A stretch of 64,000 bases of DNA from a virus, in IMG/VR virus record IMGVR_UViG_3300032282_004772; one strand, given 5' to 3'. The notes below the pieces were generated by a model. It was not told the DNA's origin. It ran no database searches and saw only the letters and a list, made by a program, of their open reading frames with translations. Below are positions 41,780 to 51,738 of the stretch, piece after piece. Each line of letters opens with the position of its first letter. Position 1 is the stretch's first letter. The translations under genes were made by a program, and so were the position numbers.

Positions 41780-43546
41780 TTATCTTGGTTTTCCGAATAA
41801 CCATAAATACTTTTGGTAATCACTTTTTGTTGATTCATTTTGTGTTGATATGTTTCTTGTTATTCCCGCTGGTAATACAGGGTTAAAACCTATATTTTTT
41901 GAAACATTTTCATTATTATTTACCTGCCAAGAATCAATCATTGCTTTAGTTTGTTCAGTGACTTTATTTAATTGAGTAAACGAATTTTCCCCAACATAAA
42001 TCGCCATACCAATCGCCATTATTAAATCATCATGATGTCCTTTTTGGTGGTCAGGTCTTCCATTAATATAAATAAAAGTATTCATCTCATTAAACAATCT
42101 ATTACTATAGATTTTAAATCCATGTCTCATTGCTTCTTCAAATGAAGAAATAATCTGAACTCTTTTATTATTAAAATTTATACCCGGTATTTTATCTAAC
42201 GCTTTTGCATCATATTTCCATTTATTTCCTAACTCAATTCCATCGACATATAAGTTTTTATACCCCATCTCTTGTAGTTTTCTTGATGTGGAAACCCCCA
42301 TTCCTCCTGTTATATCAACAACAATAAATGAATTATACATCATACCCCACTTGTATGCGACCTCTGCCGCAACATCAGGAGGGATTTTACCGACATATTC
42401 GGCAACCTGTTCTCTCTCATCAAAATCCACAATAATAAAAGACGTAAAGTCTTCAGAATCCCCTCTTGAAACATCGACTCCCATAATGTATTTGTGACCC
42501 GGTATTGGCTCTTTCCAAATCCATAATGAACCTCCCATCATTTTATTAACGGGTTCTTTTAACATATTATGATGTATAGACTGTAATTGTTTTGAATCAA
42601 AAACATTATCTCCCGAACCTAAAAAATTACACTCCAACTCTTGAGAAACTTTTCGTTTATCAAACTTTAATTTTTTAACCATCCCCTCAAACCAAGATGA
42701 AGTTGGTTTATATCCGTTTGCAATATGGTTTTTTATTTCATCAAAATTTCTTTCTCTTGGGTTAGTGTCGGCATAGTCTATGGTCTCAATGACACCATAA
42801 TCTTCTCGATTAAGATAATAATGAATCAAATCTTCAACTTTAATTAATTTTAAATCTTTTGTATATCTAGGGTCTTTAAACCAATAAAATTCAGATATTT
42901 TAAATTCATTCATACCTCTTAAGGCTTGGTCATATATTTCATAGTAGATTGGGTCGTATCCATTTGGAGTAGAAACAACAATAACTTTACCTCCTGTTGA
43001 TAATGATGCCATACATGCTGACCAAAAATCACTATCGGCCTCAATATAGGCAGCCTCATCAAAAATTAATATTGTTGGAGTATATCCTCGTAAAGCATCT
43101 TTAGATGTTGCAACGGCTTTTACTTCACATCCATTACTTAATTTATAATGTCTTTGTGAGTTTTTTTCTTTTGAAAATTCTACACCAGTCCAAGATGGCC
43201 ATTGTTCAGTAAATCCTCTTATTTTATTAGCCATCTCAACTGCCGTGTCTAATTTGTTGGCAATAATCAATATTTTTTCAGGTTTCTTTTTTGACGCAAA
43301 AACTATTTTCTTTGATGCCCAAGCCGCGGTTACGGTTGATACTCCCGCTTGTCGGTATTTCAATGCAATGTTTTCATTGTATTTTTCGTAATCTTCCAAT
43401 AGATTAATTTGGTCATCAAAAAGGTCTAACGGAACATATCTTGATACTAAGTTGTCATATGTTTGCAAGTATGTTCTAAGAGCATATGGCGTATTTAATA
43501 TACATTTTTTATACTCTAATATTAATTGTTCTTTAGTTAAGCTCAT
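41780..43546 (-). CDS. terL: Terminase large subunit
   Basis: LKYRQAGVST (deviant Walker A), LIFDEAA, STPNG, MGVDVSRG, HDDLIMA. Confidence 0.95.
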   Translation of the reverse strand: MSLTKEQLILEYKKCILNTPYALRTYLQTYDNLVSRYVPLDLFDDQINLLEDYEKYNENIALKYRQAGVSTVTAAWASKKIVFASKKKPEKILIIANKLDTAVEMANKIRGFTEQWPSWTGVEFSKEKNSQRHYKLSNGCEVKAVATSKDALRGYTPTILIFDEAAYIEADSDFWSACMASLSTGGKVIVVSTPNGYDPIYYEIYDQALRGMNEFKISEFYWFKDPRYTKDLKLIKVEDLIHYYLNREDYGVIETIDYADTNPRERNFDEIKNHIANGYKPTSSWFEGMVKKLKFDKRKVSQELECNFLGSGDNVFDSKQLQSIHHNMLKEPVNKMMGGSLWIWKEPIPGHKYIMGVDVSRGDSEDFTSFIIVDFDEREQVAEYVGKIPPDVAAEVAYKWGMMYNSFIVVDITGGMGVSTSRKLQEMGYKNLYVDGIELGNKWKYDAKALDKIPGINFNNKRVQIISSFEEAMRHGFKIYSNRLFNEMNTFIYINGRPDHQKGHHDDLIMAIGMAIYVGENSFTQLNKVTEQTKAMIDSWQVNNNENVSKNIGFNPVLPAGITRNISTQNESTKSDYQKYLWLFGKPR

Positions 43547-43560
43547 CATATATAAATAGT

Positions 43561-43594
43561 AAACCCCTCCTGAATATTACTAAAGGAGGGGTTT
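43561..43594. terminator. Rho-independent terminator
   Basis: AAACCCCTCCT...AGGAGGGGTTT. Confidence 0.75.
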
Positions 43595-43612
43595 AAGTAA
43601 ATAAGTTGTTTT

Positions 43613-44911
43613 TTATCTAGGTTTTTGTATACCTAATCTTGTAAAAAAGTCATCATCATCGTCATCGTCTCCTCCATCATCGCCACCACCATCATCCTCG
43701 TTCGGGTTAAAGTTTTCATAATCTTCCTTCATTTTTTTAGCTTCTTTCATAATAAGATTAAACTTAGACTTAACTCTATTTTCTTTCGATGCGTCACCAG
43801 ACATTAAATCACCCATAATTTCTAAAAATATTTTAGCCTCAGTCTTATAAAGAACCATTTCAAACCAATTAATTAAACCTTTATTTTCAGGTTCAAAAAT
43901 TTCATCAGGTAGTAACAATCTTAATTTCTCAACAATTTCAGGTCCAATTCTCAATTGCATTGGTTCATTTGATAATATATCAGTTTGTCCTAAAACTTTT
44001 TGCGCCATTTCTTCATCTTCAGGGTATCCATGTCTAGAATTTGCTTCTTTAACACCCTTAACTAATTCATGACATAGTATTGGAAAAATTAATCCGTATG
44101 CTTTAATTACAGTATCAGATTCTTCCGAACTAGGTTCATCTTCATCTTCTTCAGGGTCTTGTGTTGGATACTGGCCTAATTGTACTTTACCTGCAACACC
44201 GTTACCTGTTGCACTCATTTGTTCAATCATTTGTTCCATCGTAAAATAAAGAAAGTCATTTGTTGCCATTATTTTAAGATATGCAGGATATAAACGAGGG
44301 TCAATTGCGTCTAATTTAGACTTAATTTCAGGTTTTTGAAAAAGATAATGTGATTTTTTTGCAGAACCTTGTACAATCGCATTAATTAAATTTCTTTTAT
44401 GTTTTTCTAATTCAAACTGTTCTTCATCGGTTAAATCTTCAATATCAAAAGACATTTGTGGAGAGATTTTAGGTTGTTCTTTTTTTTCTTTTTCTGGTTT
44501 AAATTTAAAATTAGAAATATCTATTGGAGCTCTATTTAAGTAAGCCTCTAATTTAAACCAATTTTCAGGAACTTCAGTTTCTTCTAATGCCGCCTCAATT
44601 GCCAATTGTTCAAGTTCGTCTTTATGCCTTGATTCTATATTCACAATCGATGGAACCATTCCAAAACTTTCTTGCATTATCATAGATTGGACTTGTCTTG
44701 AACTTAAATTTTGAATTCCACTAACCTCTCTTAGTTTGTCCACAACTTTTTTAAATCTTGTTGAAACAAGTCTTTCGACATCCGCAGGACCTTTTCTCAT
44801 TGCAGGGTTCTTACCATACAAATTTTCAGGACTTCCTAATTTTCGTTCTAAATTAGGGTCCATCCTTTCTGGGTAATTACCGTAATCTATTTGTTCTCTA
44901 ATTTTTTTCAT
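43613..44911 (-). CDS. Hypothetical (putative head) protein
   Basis: 432 aa; MKKIREQ N-terminus; HELVKG motif; acidic tail. Confidence 0.6.
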   Translation of the reverse strand: MKKIREQIDYGNYPERMDPNLERKLGSPENLYGKNPAMRKGPADVERLVSTRFKKVVDKLREVSGIQNLSSRQVQSMIMQESFGMVPSIVNIESRHKDELEQLAIEAALEETEVPENWFKLEAYLNRAPIDISNFKFKPEKEKKEQPKISPQMSFDIEDLTDEEQFELEKHKRNLINAIVQGSAKKSHYLFQKPEIKSKLDAIDPRLYPAYLKIMATNDFLYFTMEQMIEQMSATGNGVAGKVQLGQYPTQDPEEDEDEPSSEESDTVIKAYGLIFPILCHELVKGVKEANSRHGYPEDEEMAQKVLGQTDILSNEPMQLRIGPEIVEKLRLLLPDEIFEPENKGLINWFEMVLYKTEAKIFLEIMGDLMSGDASKENRVKSKFNLIMKEAKKMKEDYENFNPNEDDGGGDDGGDDDDDDDFFTRLGIQKPR

Positions 44912-45789
44912 TATTTATTATTTATAACATTCATTATTGATTTTATCATATCAGATTTCACATTTTCGGGAGATTTTGCTTTTGGAACAGGGTTTACTCC
45001 CGGATTCGGATTTTTACCTGGATGTGAGGGTCTTGTTTTTGGAGGAGTTTTTGTGCCCGGTTTTGTACCCGGTTTTGTTGTTGGAGCGTCAATAACATCT
45101 TCGTTTGCAACTCCAATAGAACCTAATTTACCAATAGGGTAATTCATTTTCTTTTTCCCAATTAAATCCATTAATTCTCCTTTTTTCATTTTTGGTTTTG
45201 TGTATTTTTCAACCAAAGATAAAATTTTATTTTCTAAAAGAACAGCGTAAGGGTTCTTTCCTTCTGAAATAGATTTTTTAACTTGTTTAACACATCTTTC
45301 AAATTTTGCGGTTTTTTTAGGTCCTAATTGTGAATGGCAAACCGCCCAAGGATTAACTTCAGTTTTTTTTGATTTCTTTTTTTCTTCTTTAACTTCTCCT
45401 GTGGTTAAATTCATTTTCCTTGTTGTAGGATTTATTTCGGCATTTAAACCTTTATCCATCATCGCCTTATTTGCCGCTTGAGCATCTGCAACGTTAGTTA
45501 AATCAAAAGTAGTTGTTGTAGATGTTTTTGTTACCGCTTCTTTTGTTTCTTCTTTCTTTTTTGCCTTTGCGGGGGCAGGACTTACTCCCGGATTCGGATT
45601 TTTACCTGGATGTGAGGGTCTTGTTTTTGGAGGTGTTTTTGTGCCCGGTTTAGTTTTTGGGGCAGTCTTTGTTTGTTCTCCCTCAATTAAATTTTTGTGT
45701 AAAACATTAATCTCAGACTCACTCAAAGATAGTAATGTTTTTTGACTTAATCCAAACTTAATTAAATCAGAATATTTATTAGTTTTCAT
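44911..45789 (-). CDS. Basic Lys/Pro-rich putative internal head protein
   Basis: Start re-placed at MKTNK; duplicated TKPGTKTPPKTRPSHPGKNPNPGV. Confidence 0.6.
   Translation of the reverse strand: MKTNKYSDLIKFGLSQKTLLSLSESEINVLHKNLIEGEQTKTAPKTKPGTKTPPKTRPSHPGKNPNPGVSPAPAKAKKKEETKEAVTKTSTTTTFDLTNVADAQAANKAMMDKGLNAEINPTTRKMNLTTGEVKEEKKKSKKTEVNPWAVCHSQLGPKKTAKFERCVKQVKKSISEGKNPYAVLLENKILSLVEKYTKPKMKKGELMDLIGKKKMNYPIGKLGSIGVANEDVIDAPTTKPGTKPGTKTPPKTRPSHPGKNPNPGVNPVPKAKSPENVKSDMIKSIMNVINNK
44994..45651. repeat. 70-nt direct repeat (44994-45063 and 45582-45651)
   Basis: Two copies differing at one base. Confidence 0.9.
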
Positions 45790-46189
45790 ATATAACGTTT
45801 TTTTCAAATTCAAGAACGATATCTCGTTCATATAGTTTATCTTTAACTTGTTGTTCTGTTTCTCCAAATCTAAACACTAATCTTTTTGTTGTAGTAAAAT
45901 CAATGGTATCATTTTCTTTTTCCCATCCTAATGCGATGACATCATCCATACTATCCATAAAACTAAAAAAATCAGAGTTTTGAATTAGTTCCAACTCTAA
46001 CGAGGTGTTTTTCAATACTCCAACTTTTTTAATATACTCCAAACTAGGAGGTTTCGGATATCCGTTTGATGGTTTTGACTCCCAACTTTCATCCCATATG
46101 TCTTTTATGTCATCAGAGAAAATGAATTCATACATATTATCCCCTTTATAGTTAGGACCCAATCCATTTATAAAGACTAAATGGTTCAT
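45779..46189 (-). CDS. Hypothetical protein
   Basis: 136 aa ORF in operon. Confidence 0.6.
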   Translation of the reverse strand: MNHLVFINGLGPNYKGDNMYEFIFSDDIKDIWDESWESKPSNGYPKPPSLEYIKKVGVLKNTSLELELIQNSDFFSFMDSMDDVIALGWEKENDTIDFTTTKRLVFRFGETEQQVKDKLYERDIVLEFEKNVIYEN

Positions 46190-47502
46190 AGAATACTTCC
46201 AAAAGGAGAAATTTTATATTGTTTATTTCCAACTTCAAACACTAAATTTTTCTTATTTGTTTTTCCAACAAATCTTGAATTTATGTTTTCTTTAAAGAAT
46301 TTTTTTGCGTTTACTTCTTGTTGAATTGATTCTGAAAGTCTTTTTATTTCAGAAAAAATTTCAGATTTTTTTATTTTTCTTTTATTTTCTCTCTCTTGAT
46401 TAATTTTTTGATTAAATTTTTTCTCATCTTCAGATACTATAAAATATTTTAATAAAACATCTTCAATTTTAGATTCTTTAAAAACAGAGTCAGCAATATT
46501 ACCTAAATGAGTCATATCATCATCTTCACTTTCTCCAAATCTAGCAGTAGTTGCTTTAAGAGCGGTTCTTTTAGCAATTTCATCTCCAAGTTCAGGCCAA
46601 GTACCTTCTCCTAATTCACTTTCTTTTGGTTCCATTTCAGGAGACATTTCTCCTTCTTCAGATGAAGTCTCATCTTCTTCTGATGGTGACTCTTCCTCAG
46701 AACCAAATGTTTCTTCAGGATTAAATTCTTCTTCAGTACCCTCAAGTTTATTCATTACATCTTCTCTATCATCTTCATCTAACAAATTTAAATCAAGTGC
46801 CGATAAGATTGAATTTATAACATACTTAACATCTTTTGAAGACATTTGTTCCTCTTCATTTGATTTTAACGCTCTTAATTTTTGACCTAATTTTCCTGTA
46901 AGTTTTTGAATGGTTTTGAAAGTAACAACTTCGTCTCTTTCTTCGTTTGAACCCATCTCATCTTCAGGAACCTCCATATCCCCTTCTTCAGAAGGCATTT
47001 CGCTTTCTTCTTCGTCTGATGGTGGAACAGGTGGTGGAGTTGGTTCTCCCCCCATCGGGGGTGCCGGTGGTGGAGGTACATTTTCTACCTCATCAGTCGG
47101 TTCAGGATTTTTTTTTTCTAAATTTGTGGTTTTTAAAACGAATTTTTTTTGTTCAGAAAATAAAGAAACTCCTTCTTTATTTTCAAAAAGTTCATTCATT
47201 TCTTTCGCCATTAAATTTAATCTTTTTAATGCTTGTGAATATGAACTATAATATTTTCTATCTTGCATAGGTGATATATAATCAACATTAGATTCTGAAA
47301 TTGTTTTTTTAATTACATATCCTGATTTTTCTCTAATGATTTGATACTCATTTCCATCAGCAAGAGTTAATTTATATTCGCTTTTTGAAGTTTCGTTAAT
47401 ATTTGAAGGAGTAGACTCTTTATATCTTGCAATTTCTAAAATTCTTGAAATTTTATCAACTCCTGTCAATTTTTCACTTCCTAGTGGGTTTAAATTGGCC
47501 AT
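46186..47502 (-). CDS. Acidic putative head/core protein
   Basis: 438 aa, Pro/Glu-rich linkers, INET/ISES/LSES motifs, late motif upstream. Confidence 0.6.
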   Translation of the reverse strand: MANLNPLGSEKLTGVDKISRILEIARYKESTPSNINETSKSEYKLTLADGNEYQIIREKSGYVIKKTISESNVDYISPMQDRKYYSSYSQALKRLNLMAKEMNELFENKEGVSLFSEQKKFVLKTTNLEKKNPEPTDEVENVPPPPAPPMGGEPTPPPVPPSDEEESEMPSEEGDMEVPEDEMGSNEERDEVVTFKTIQKLTGKLGQKLRALKSNEEEQMSSKDVKYVINSILSALDLNLLDEDDREDVMNKLEGTEEEFNPEETFGSEEESPSEEDETSSEEGEMSPEMEPKESELGEGTWPELGDEIAKRTALKATTARFGESEDDDMTHLGNIADSVFKESKIEDVLLKYFIVSEDEKKFNQKINQERENKRKIKKSEIFSEIKRLSESIQQEVNAKKFFKENINSRFVGKTNKKNLVFEVGNKQYKISPFGSIL

Positions 47503-47588
47503 TTTATATTTTATTTAATTTTTTTATTTTTAATGACAAAAATCCAATTAGATTTTTTCTTTATAAATATATCGAACTATTGATTATT

Positions 47589-48350
47589 TCAAGACAAACG
47601 GTTTAATTCCTTTAAAGAAAGAAGATTATCCATCATTTTATTTTCAAAATCATACAGTTTTTGGATATACCCGTTTCTTCTCAATACTTTAAACACAAGA
47701 TTTTCAATAGCGTATTCTCCCCCACTTTCTAATCCTGTCTTTCTAAATTTTTTTATTTTTTCTTTAAACTTACTTATTATTTTTTTTGCCTCATCTAAAT
47801 CTTCATCGGACGCATTTTTAATAACCTCATCAATCATATTCATCCAAGACTTGCTTTTCTTATCAACTTCTTTAAAATTAATATCAATATCTTCTTTTTT
47901 TGGTTTTTTAATCCATTCATCAAAAAGTACGGAATAAACACCTGAACTTTCATGAGGTTCACTTTCATCTTGAGCGTAAAGTTCAACCTCATAATTTTTT
48001 ATGGTAATATCATGATTAGAATTAAATAATAGTTTTTTTAAATTAAAAAGTTTTTGGTACAGTTCTAAAGTTTCTTTAGGAAACTGTCCATAATCAATAA
48101 TCAAGTGTAAATCAAAGTCAGAATATTTTGACCAGTTAAAATTAGATAAAGACCCTGTTAATACTATATCTTTTACAAAAACGGGTACATCTAAAAACTC
48201 AATAAATTCGTATGCAATCTCTAATAGTCTTTCTCGTATTTCAGGTTTAATTTTTTCATCACCATCTGATTTTTTTGGAGTGTACCAAACATCAGGGTTC
48301 AAATTATCCTGTAATGCAAAACTTTTTAGAATATCGATATTTTTATCCAT
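47589..48350 (-). CDS. Pol-beta-superfamily nucleotidyltransferase
   Basis: LTGSLSNFNWSKYSDFDLH (GS...DxD), VELYAQD. Confidence 0.75.
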   Translation of the reverse strand: MDKNIDILKSFALQDNLNPDVWYTPKKSDGDEKIKPEIRERLLEIAYEFIEFLDVPVFVKDIVLTGSLSNFNWSKYSDFDLHLIIDYGQFPKETLELYQKLFNLKKLLFNSNHDITIKNYEVELYAQDESEPHESSGVYSVLFDEWIKKPKKEDIDINFKEVDKKSKSWMNMIDEVIKNASDEDLDEAKKIISKFKEKIKKFRKTGLESGGEYAIENLVFKVLRRNGYIQKLYDFENKMMDNLLSLKELNRLS

Positions 48351-48380
48351 TATAGATAAATACTCGATAAATAAAGTTTT

Positions 48381-48623
48381 TTATACTTTTTTATATTTAA
48401 AAACTTTTGAAATGTTAGAATTAAAGTATTTTCCTTGGGATTCGGCCATCCTAAATTCTGTATAAGTCCTGTGAGGTACTTTTTCGTACTCATATTTAGA
48501 ACCATTTTTAAACTCAACAATTAAAGAATTGCTTTCAACATCGTATTCAGTTTTAACCAAATTTGATGAATCAATTTCATTTATTATTTTAGTCCCTTGT
48601 ATTGTTTCTTTTTTTATTCCCAT
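48381..48623 (-). CDS. KTSC-domain protein
   Basis: SSNL...YD...LIVEFKNGSKYEY..VP...AESQGKYFN. Confidence 0.9.
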   Translation of the reverse strand: MGIKKETIQGTKIINEIDSSNLVKTEYDVESNSLIVEFKNGSKYEYEKVPHRTYTEFRMAESQGKYFNSNISKVFKYKKV

Positions 48624-48924
48624 TTTTTTTGTTATTTGTATTTAATGGAGTTTCGTCATTAATACGACTCATCTCTTTTCTAAGATAAACAACAAAATCA
48701 TTGTGGTCAATATCAAAAAAAGATTTAACTTCATTAAATAACTTACTATGTTCATTACTATACTCTTGGAAATATTTCATAATATCTTGTGGATAATATG
48801 GTGGATTTTCTAACTGTTCTTCAGTCCATCCTTCTCTTTGGAAACATTGCCTTAATTTACGATATATTGACATTAGATTCTTATCCGCGTCAAGTTGTTT
48901 AATAAATTTTTCAAATGGTTTCAT
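48589..48924 (-). CDS. Hypothetical protein
   Basis: ORF; TATTTAT 4 nt before this ATG. Confidence 0.55.
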   Translation of the reverse strand: MKPFEKFIKQLDADKNLMSIYRKLRQCFQREGWTEEQLENPPYYPQDIMKYFQEYSNEHSKLFNEVKSFFDIDHNDFVVYLRKEMSRINDETPLNTNNKKNGNKKRNNTRD

Positions 48925-48945
48925 ATTCATAAATACATCTTAAAT

Positions 48946-48976
48946 AAAAAACCCCCAATTAATGGGGGCCTTTTTT
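48946..48976 (-). terminator. Rho-independent terminator
   Basis: CCCCCA-ATTAA-TGGGGG flanked by A/T tracts. Confidence 0.7.
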
Positions 48977-49424
48977 AAGATTTTAATTTTTTAAGTTCGT
49001 CTCGAATCTCAATTGCTTTTTCAAAATTATGTTCTTTAATCGCCAATTTTAAATCACTCTCAAGTGAATCAATCTTTTCTTTGTTTTTTTCCAAACTTTT
49101 TATTTGGTCTCTTAGTTTAACAGCCGACTCAAAATCTTCATTTTCTATCGCCATTTCAAGTTGGTAATTTAACATGTCAATTTTATTACCACCTTTTTTA
49201 ATTCTTTGGTTTGGTTGTCGGTCATTAGTTCTAATAAAATTAGTTATGACGGTTTCACCATCTTCTGACTTATAGGTTTCTTTAATCCAATTACCTTGTT
49301 CGTCAGAACCTTCCTCAATTGTTCTGTTTAGGTTTAAATGATTGTTAAACATAGAGTCGAATTGATTGAACATCGCATCAAAATCTCTAAAAAAATCGTT
49401 AAAATTTCTTTTTCTTCCAAACAT
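48975..49424 (-). CDS. Double UVR (UvrB/C motif) domain protein
   Basis: LEMAIENEDFESAVKLRDQI and LKLAIKEHNFEKAIEIRDEL. Confidence 0.85.
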   Translation of the reverse strand: MFGRKRNFNDFFRDFDAMFNQFDSMFNNHLNLNRTIEEGSDEQGNWIKETYKSEDGETVITNFIRTNDRQPNQRIKKGGNKIDMLNYQLEMAIENEDFESAVKLRDQIKSLEKNKEKIDSLESDLKLAIKEHNFEKAIEIRDELKKLKS

Positions 49425-49470
49425 AATGTTTTTTTTTATTTTAGTTTATTTATTTTTTTTTCGTTAAAGA

Positions 49471-49572
49471 ACGAATCCCGTGCCAAAGTAATAACATTAT
49501 AATTATTGTCATAATATAATAAATATTAATGACAAAAAGTCATTAACTTATTTTAAATATGTCATTTTGTCA
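49471..49572 (-). promoter_or_regulatory. Sigma54-like -24 box with upstream TGAC-N5-GTCA boxes
   Basis: TTGGCACG-GGAT-TCGT (49486-49471); palindrome TTAATGAC-N5-GTCATTAA 49526-49546; TGACAAAATGACA 49572-49560. Confidence 0.45.
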
Positions 49573-49621
49573 ATATTGGATTTTTAATTTAATTTTTTTA
49601 TTATTATAAAAAAGTAATGTT

Positions 49622-51640
49622 ATGATTGAATCTATGGATAACGAAAACAGAAAAGAAAATAAAAAATCTACTGAGTCTACGACACCCGCATTGGATAATT
49701 TTAGTCGTGACTTGATTAAATTGGCCGAACAAGGAAAACTTGACCCTGTAATTGGTAGAGAAAAAGAAATTCTTCGCATCGCTCAAATTCTTTCAAGAAG
49801 AAAGAAAAATAATCCTATTATTATAGGTGAACCAGGTTGTGGTAAAACCGCTATTGTCGAAGGTCTTGCAATGAAAATTTTTAATGGAGAATGTCCAAGA
49901 AATTTAGTGGATAAAAGAATTCTTTCATTAGATATGACTTCTATTGTTGCGGGAACAAAGTATAGAGGCCAGTTTGAAGAAAGGATGAAAGTAATTATTG
50001 AAGAATTACAGGCTAATCCTGATATTATTGTGTTTATCGATGAAATACACACAATTGTTGGGGCAGGTAATTCATCGGGTTCATTGGATGCTTCTAATAT
50101 TTTTAAACCAGCATTGGCTCGTGGAGAAATACAATGTATTGGGGCCACTACATTAGACGAGTATCGTAAAAACTTTGAAAAGGATGGGGCTCTTGAGCGT
50201 AGATTCCAAAAAGTAATTGTTGATGGTGCAACGAAAGAAGAAACACTAGAAATTTTAAAAAATCTAAAAGATAGATATGAAGGATTTCATAAGGTGTCTT
50301 TTTCAGATGAAGTTTTAAACACATGTGTCACTTTGGCAGAAAGATACATTACTGATAGAGAGTTCCCTGATAAAGCAATTGATATTTTAGACGAGGTTGG
50401 AGCCAGATGTCAAGTTGATATGAAACTTCCTGAAATCATTGAGGAATTAAAACTAAAGGCTCAAGAAATTAAATTAAAAAAAGTTGAGGTGGTTAAAAGT
50501 CAAAAGTATGAGGAAGCAGCTGAACTTAGAGATAAAGAAAGAAAAATTTTATCCTCATTAGATGAAGAGAAGAAAAAATTTGAACAAGATTTAAACACAA
50601 AAAAGAAAGAGGTTGAGTTGGAATTAGTTTACGAAGTAGTTTCAAATATGACAAAAATACCTGTTAGTAAATTAACTTCTGATGATACAAAAGCGCTAAT
50701 TGATTTAGACGAGATATTAAATAAAAAAGTAATTGGTCAGTCAGACGCGGTTAAAAGAATTGTTAAATCAATAAGAAGAAATAGACTTGGGATAAAAGAC
50801 CCAAGTAGACCAATTGGTTCATTTATTTTCTTAGGGTCAACTGGTGTTGGTAAAACTTATTTAGCAAAACAATTGGCTAAAGAAGTTTTTGGTAGTGAGG
50901 AATCTTTAATTAGAGTTGATATGTCTGAATATCAAGAAAAACATTCGATATCAAGATTAATTGGAGCTCCTCCAGGATATGTCGGATATGATGAAGGAGG
51001 TCAATTAACTGAACAAGTTAAAAATAAACCTTATTCGGTGATTCTTTTTGATGAAATTGAAAAGGCAAATAAAGACATTTTTTCTTCTTTATTACAAGTT
51101 CTTGATGAAGGACACATGACCGATGGTTTAGGTAGAAAAATTAATTTTAAAAATTGTATTATAATAATGACATCTAATTTAGGTGTTAAAAAATTACAAG
51201 ACTTCGGAGTTGGAGTTGGATTTAGAACAAATAATGAGTACACCAATGAAGAAATAAGAAAAGAAACATTACAAAAAGAGCTTAAAAAGTTTTTTTCACC
51301 AGAATTTTTAAATCGTATTGATGATATTGTAGTCTTTAATTCTTTAAATAAAACCAATATTGAATCTATCGTTAAGATTGAGCTTAACAAACTTAAAGAT
51401 AGATTGGATGGTCTAAAATATAACATTTCATTTGATAAGAGTATTGAAGATATGATATCTAAAGTTGGATTTGATGAATTATATGGCGCCAGACCTCTTA
51501 AGAGGGCAATACAGGAAAAGATTGAAGATTATATTTCGGAAGAAGTATTAAAAGGAAACATTAAGGAAAATACGAAATATGTTATAAAGTCTGATGAGGA
51601 TGAAAAATTAACGATAGTTAAATCTAAAAAATCAAAATAA
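49622..51640 (+). CDS. clpC: ClpC-type AAA+ ATPase lacking N-terminal domain
   Basis: GEPGCGKT/IFIDE-type D1 and GSTGVGKT/ILFDE D2, UVR middle domain YEEAAELRD, GVGF ClpP-docking-like loop. Confidence 0.9.
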   Translation: MIESMDNENRKENKKSTESTTPALDNFSRDLIKLAEQGKLDPVIGREKEILRIAQILSRRKKNNPIIIGEPGCGKTAIVEGLAMKIFNGECPRNLVDKRILSLDMTSIVAGTKYRGQFEERMKVIIEELQANPDIIVFIDEIHTIVGAGNSSGSLDASNIFKPALARGEIQCIGATTLDEYRKNFEKDGALERRFQKVIVDGATKEETLEILKNLKDRYEGFHKVSFSDEVLNTCVTLAERYITDREFPDKAIDILDEVGARCQVDMKLPEIIEELKLKAQEIKLKKVEVVKSQKYEEAAELRDKERKILSSLDEEKKKFEQDLNTKKKEVELELVYEVVSNMTKIPVSKLTSDDTKALIDLDEILNKKVIGQSDAVKRIVKSIRRNRLGIKDPSRPIGSFIFLGSTGVGKTYLAKQLAKEVFGSEESLIRVDMSEYQEKHSISRLIGAPPGYVGYDEGGQLTEQVKNKPYSVILFDEIEKANKDIFSSLLQVLDEGHMTDGLGRKINFKNCIIIMTSNLGVKKLQDFGVGVGFRTNNEYTNEEIRKETLQKELKKFFSPEFLNRIDDIVVFNSLNKTNIESIVKIELNKLKDRLDGLKYNISFDKSIEDMISKVGFDELYGARPLKRAIQEKIEDYISEEVLKGNIKENTKYVIKSDEDEKLTIVKSKKSK

Positions 51641-51643
51641 ATC

Positions 51644-51669
51644 AGGTGGGGAAACCCACCTTTTTTTTT
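51644..51669 (+). terminator. Terminator after clpC
   Basis: AGGTGGG-GAAA-CCCACC followed by T9. Confidence 0.9.
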
Positions 51670-51738
51670 AAATTATTTTTACGTTAAGACTTCTTTATTT
51701 GACCATAAAAAACTATTTATAGGTAAATAGAAAATAAT

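Noticed and set aside
41780-43546. TerL inactive because Walker A reads GVST
   Set aside because: K-x-R-Q-x-G deviant Walker A motifs are known in terminases, and the other motifs are intact
47589-48350. CCA-adding enzyme or CD-NTase call
   Set aside because: Only the generic GS...DxD motif is visible; family-specific motifs are lacking
49570-51426. Minus-strand ORFs over clpC
   Set aside because: Antisense shadows of a conserved gene
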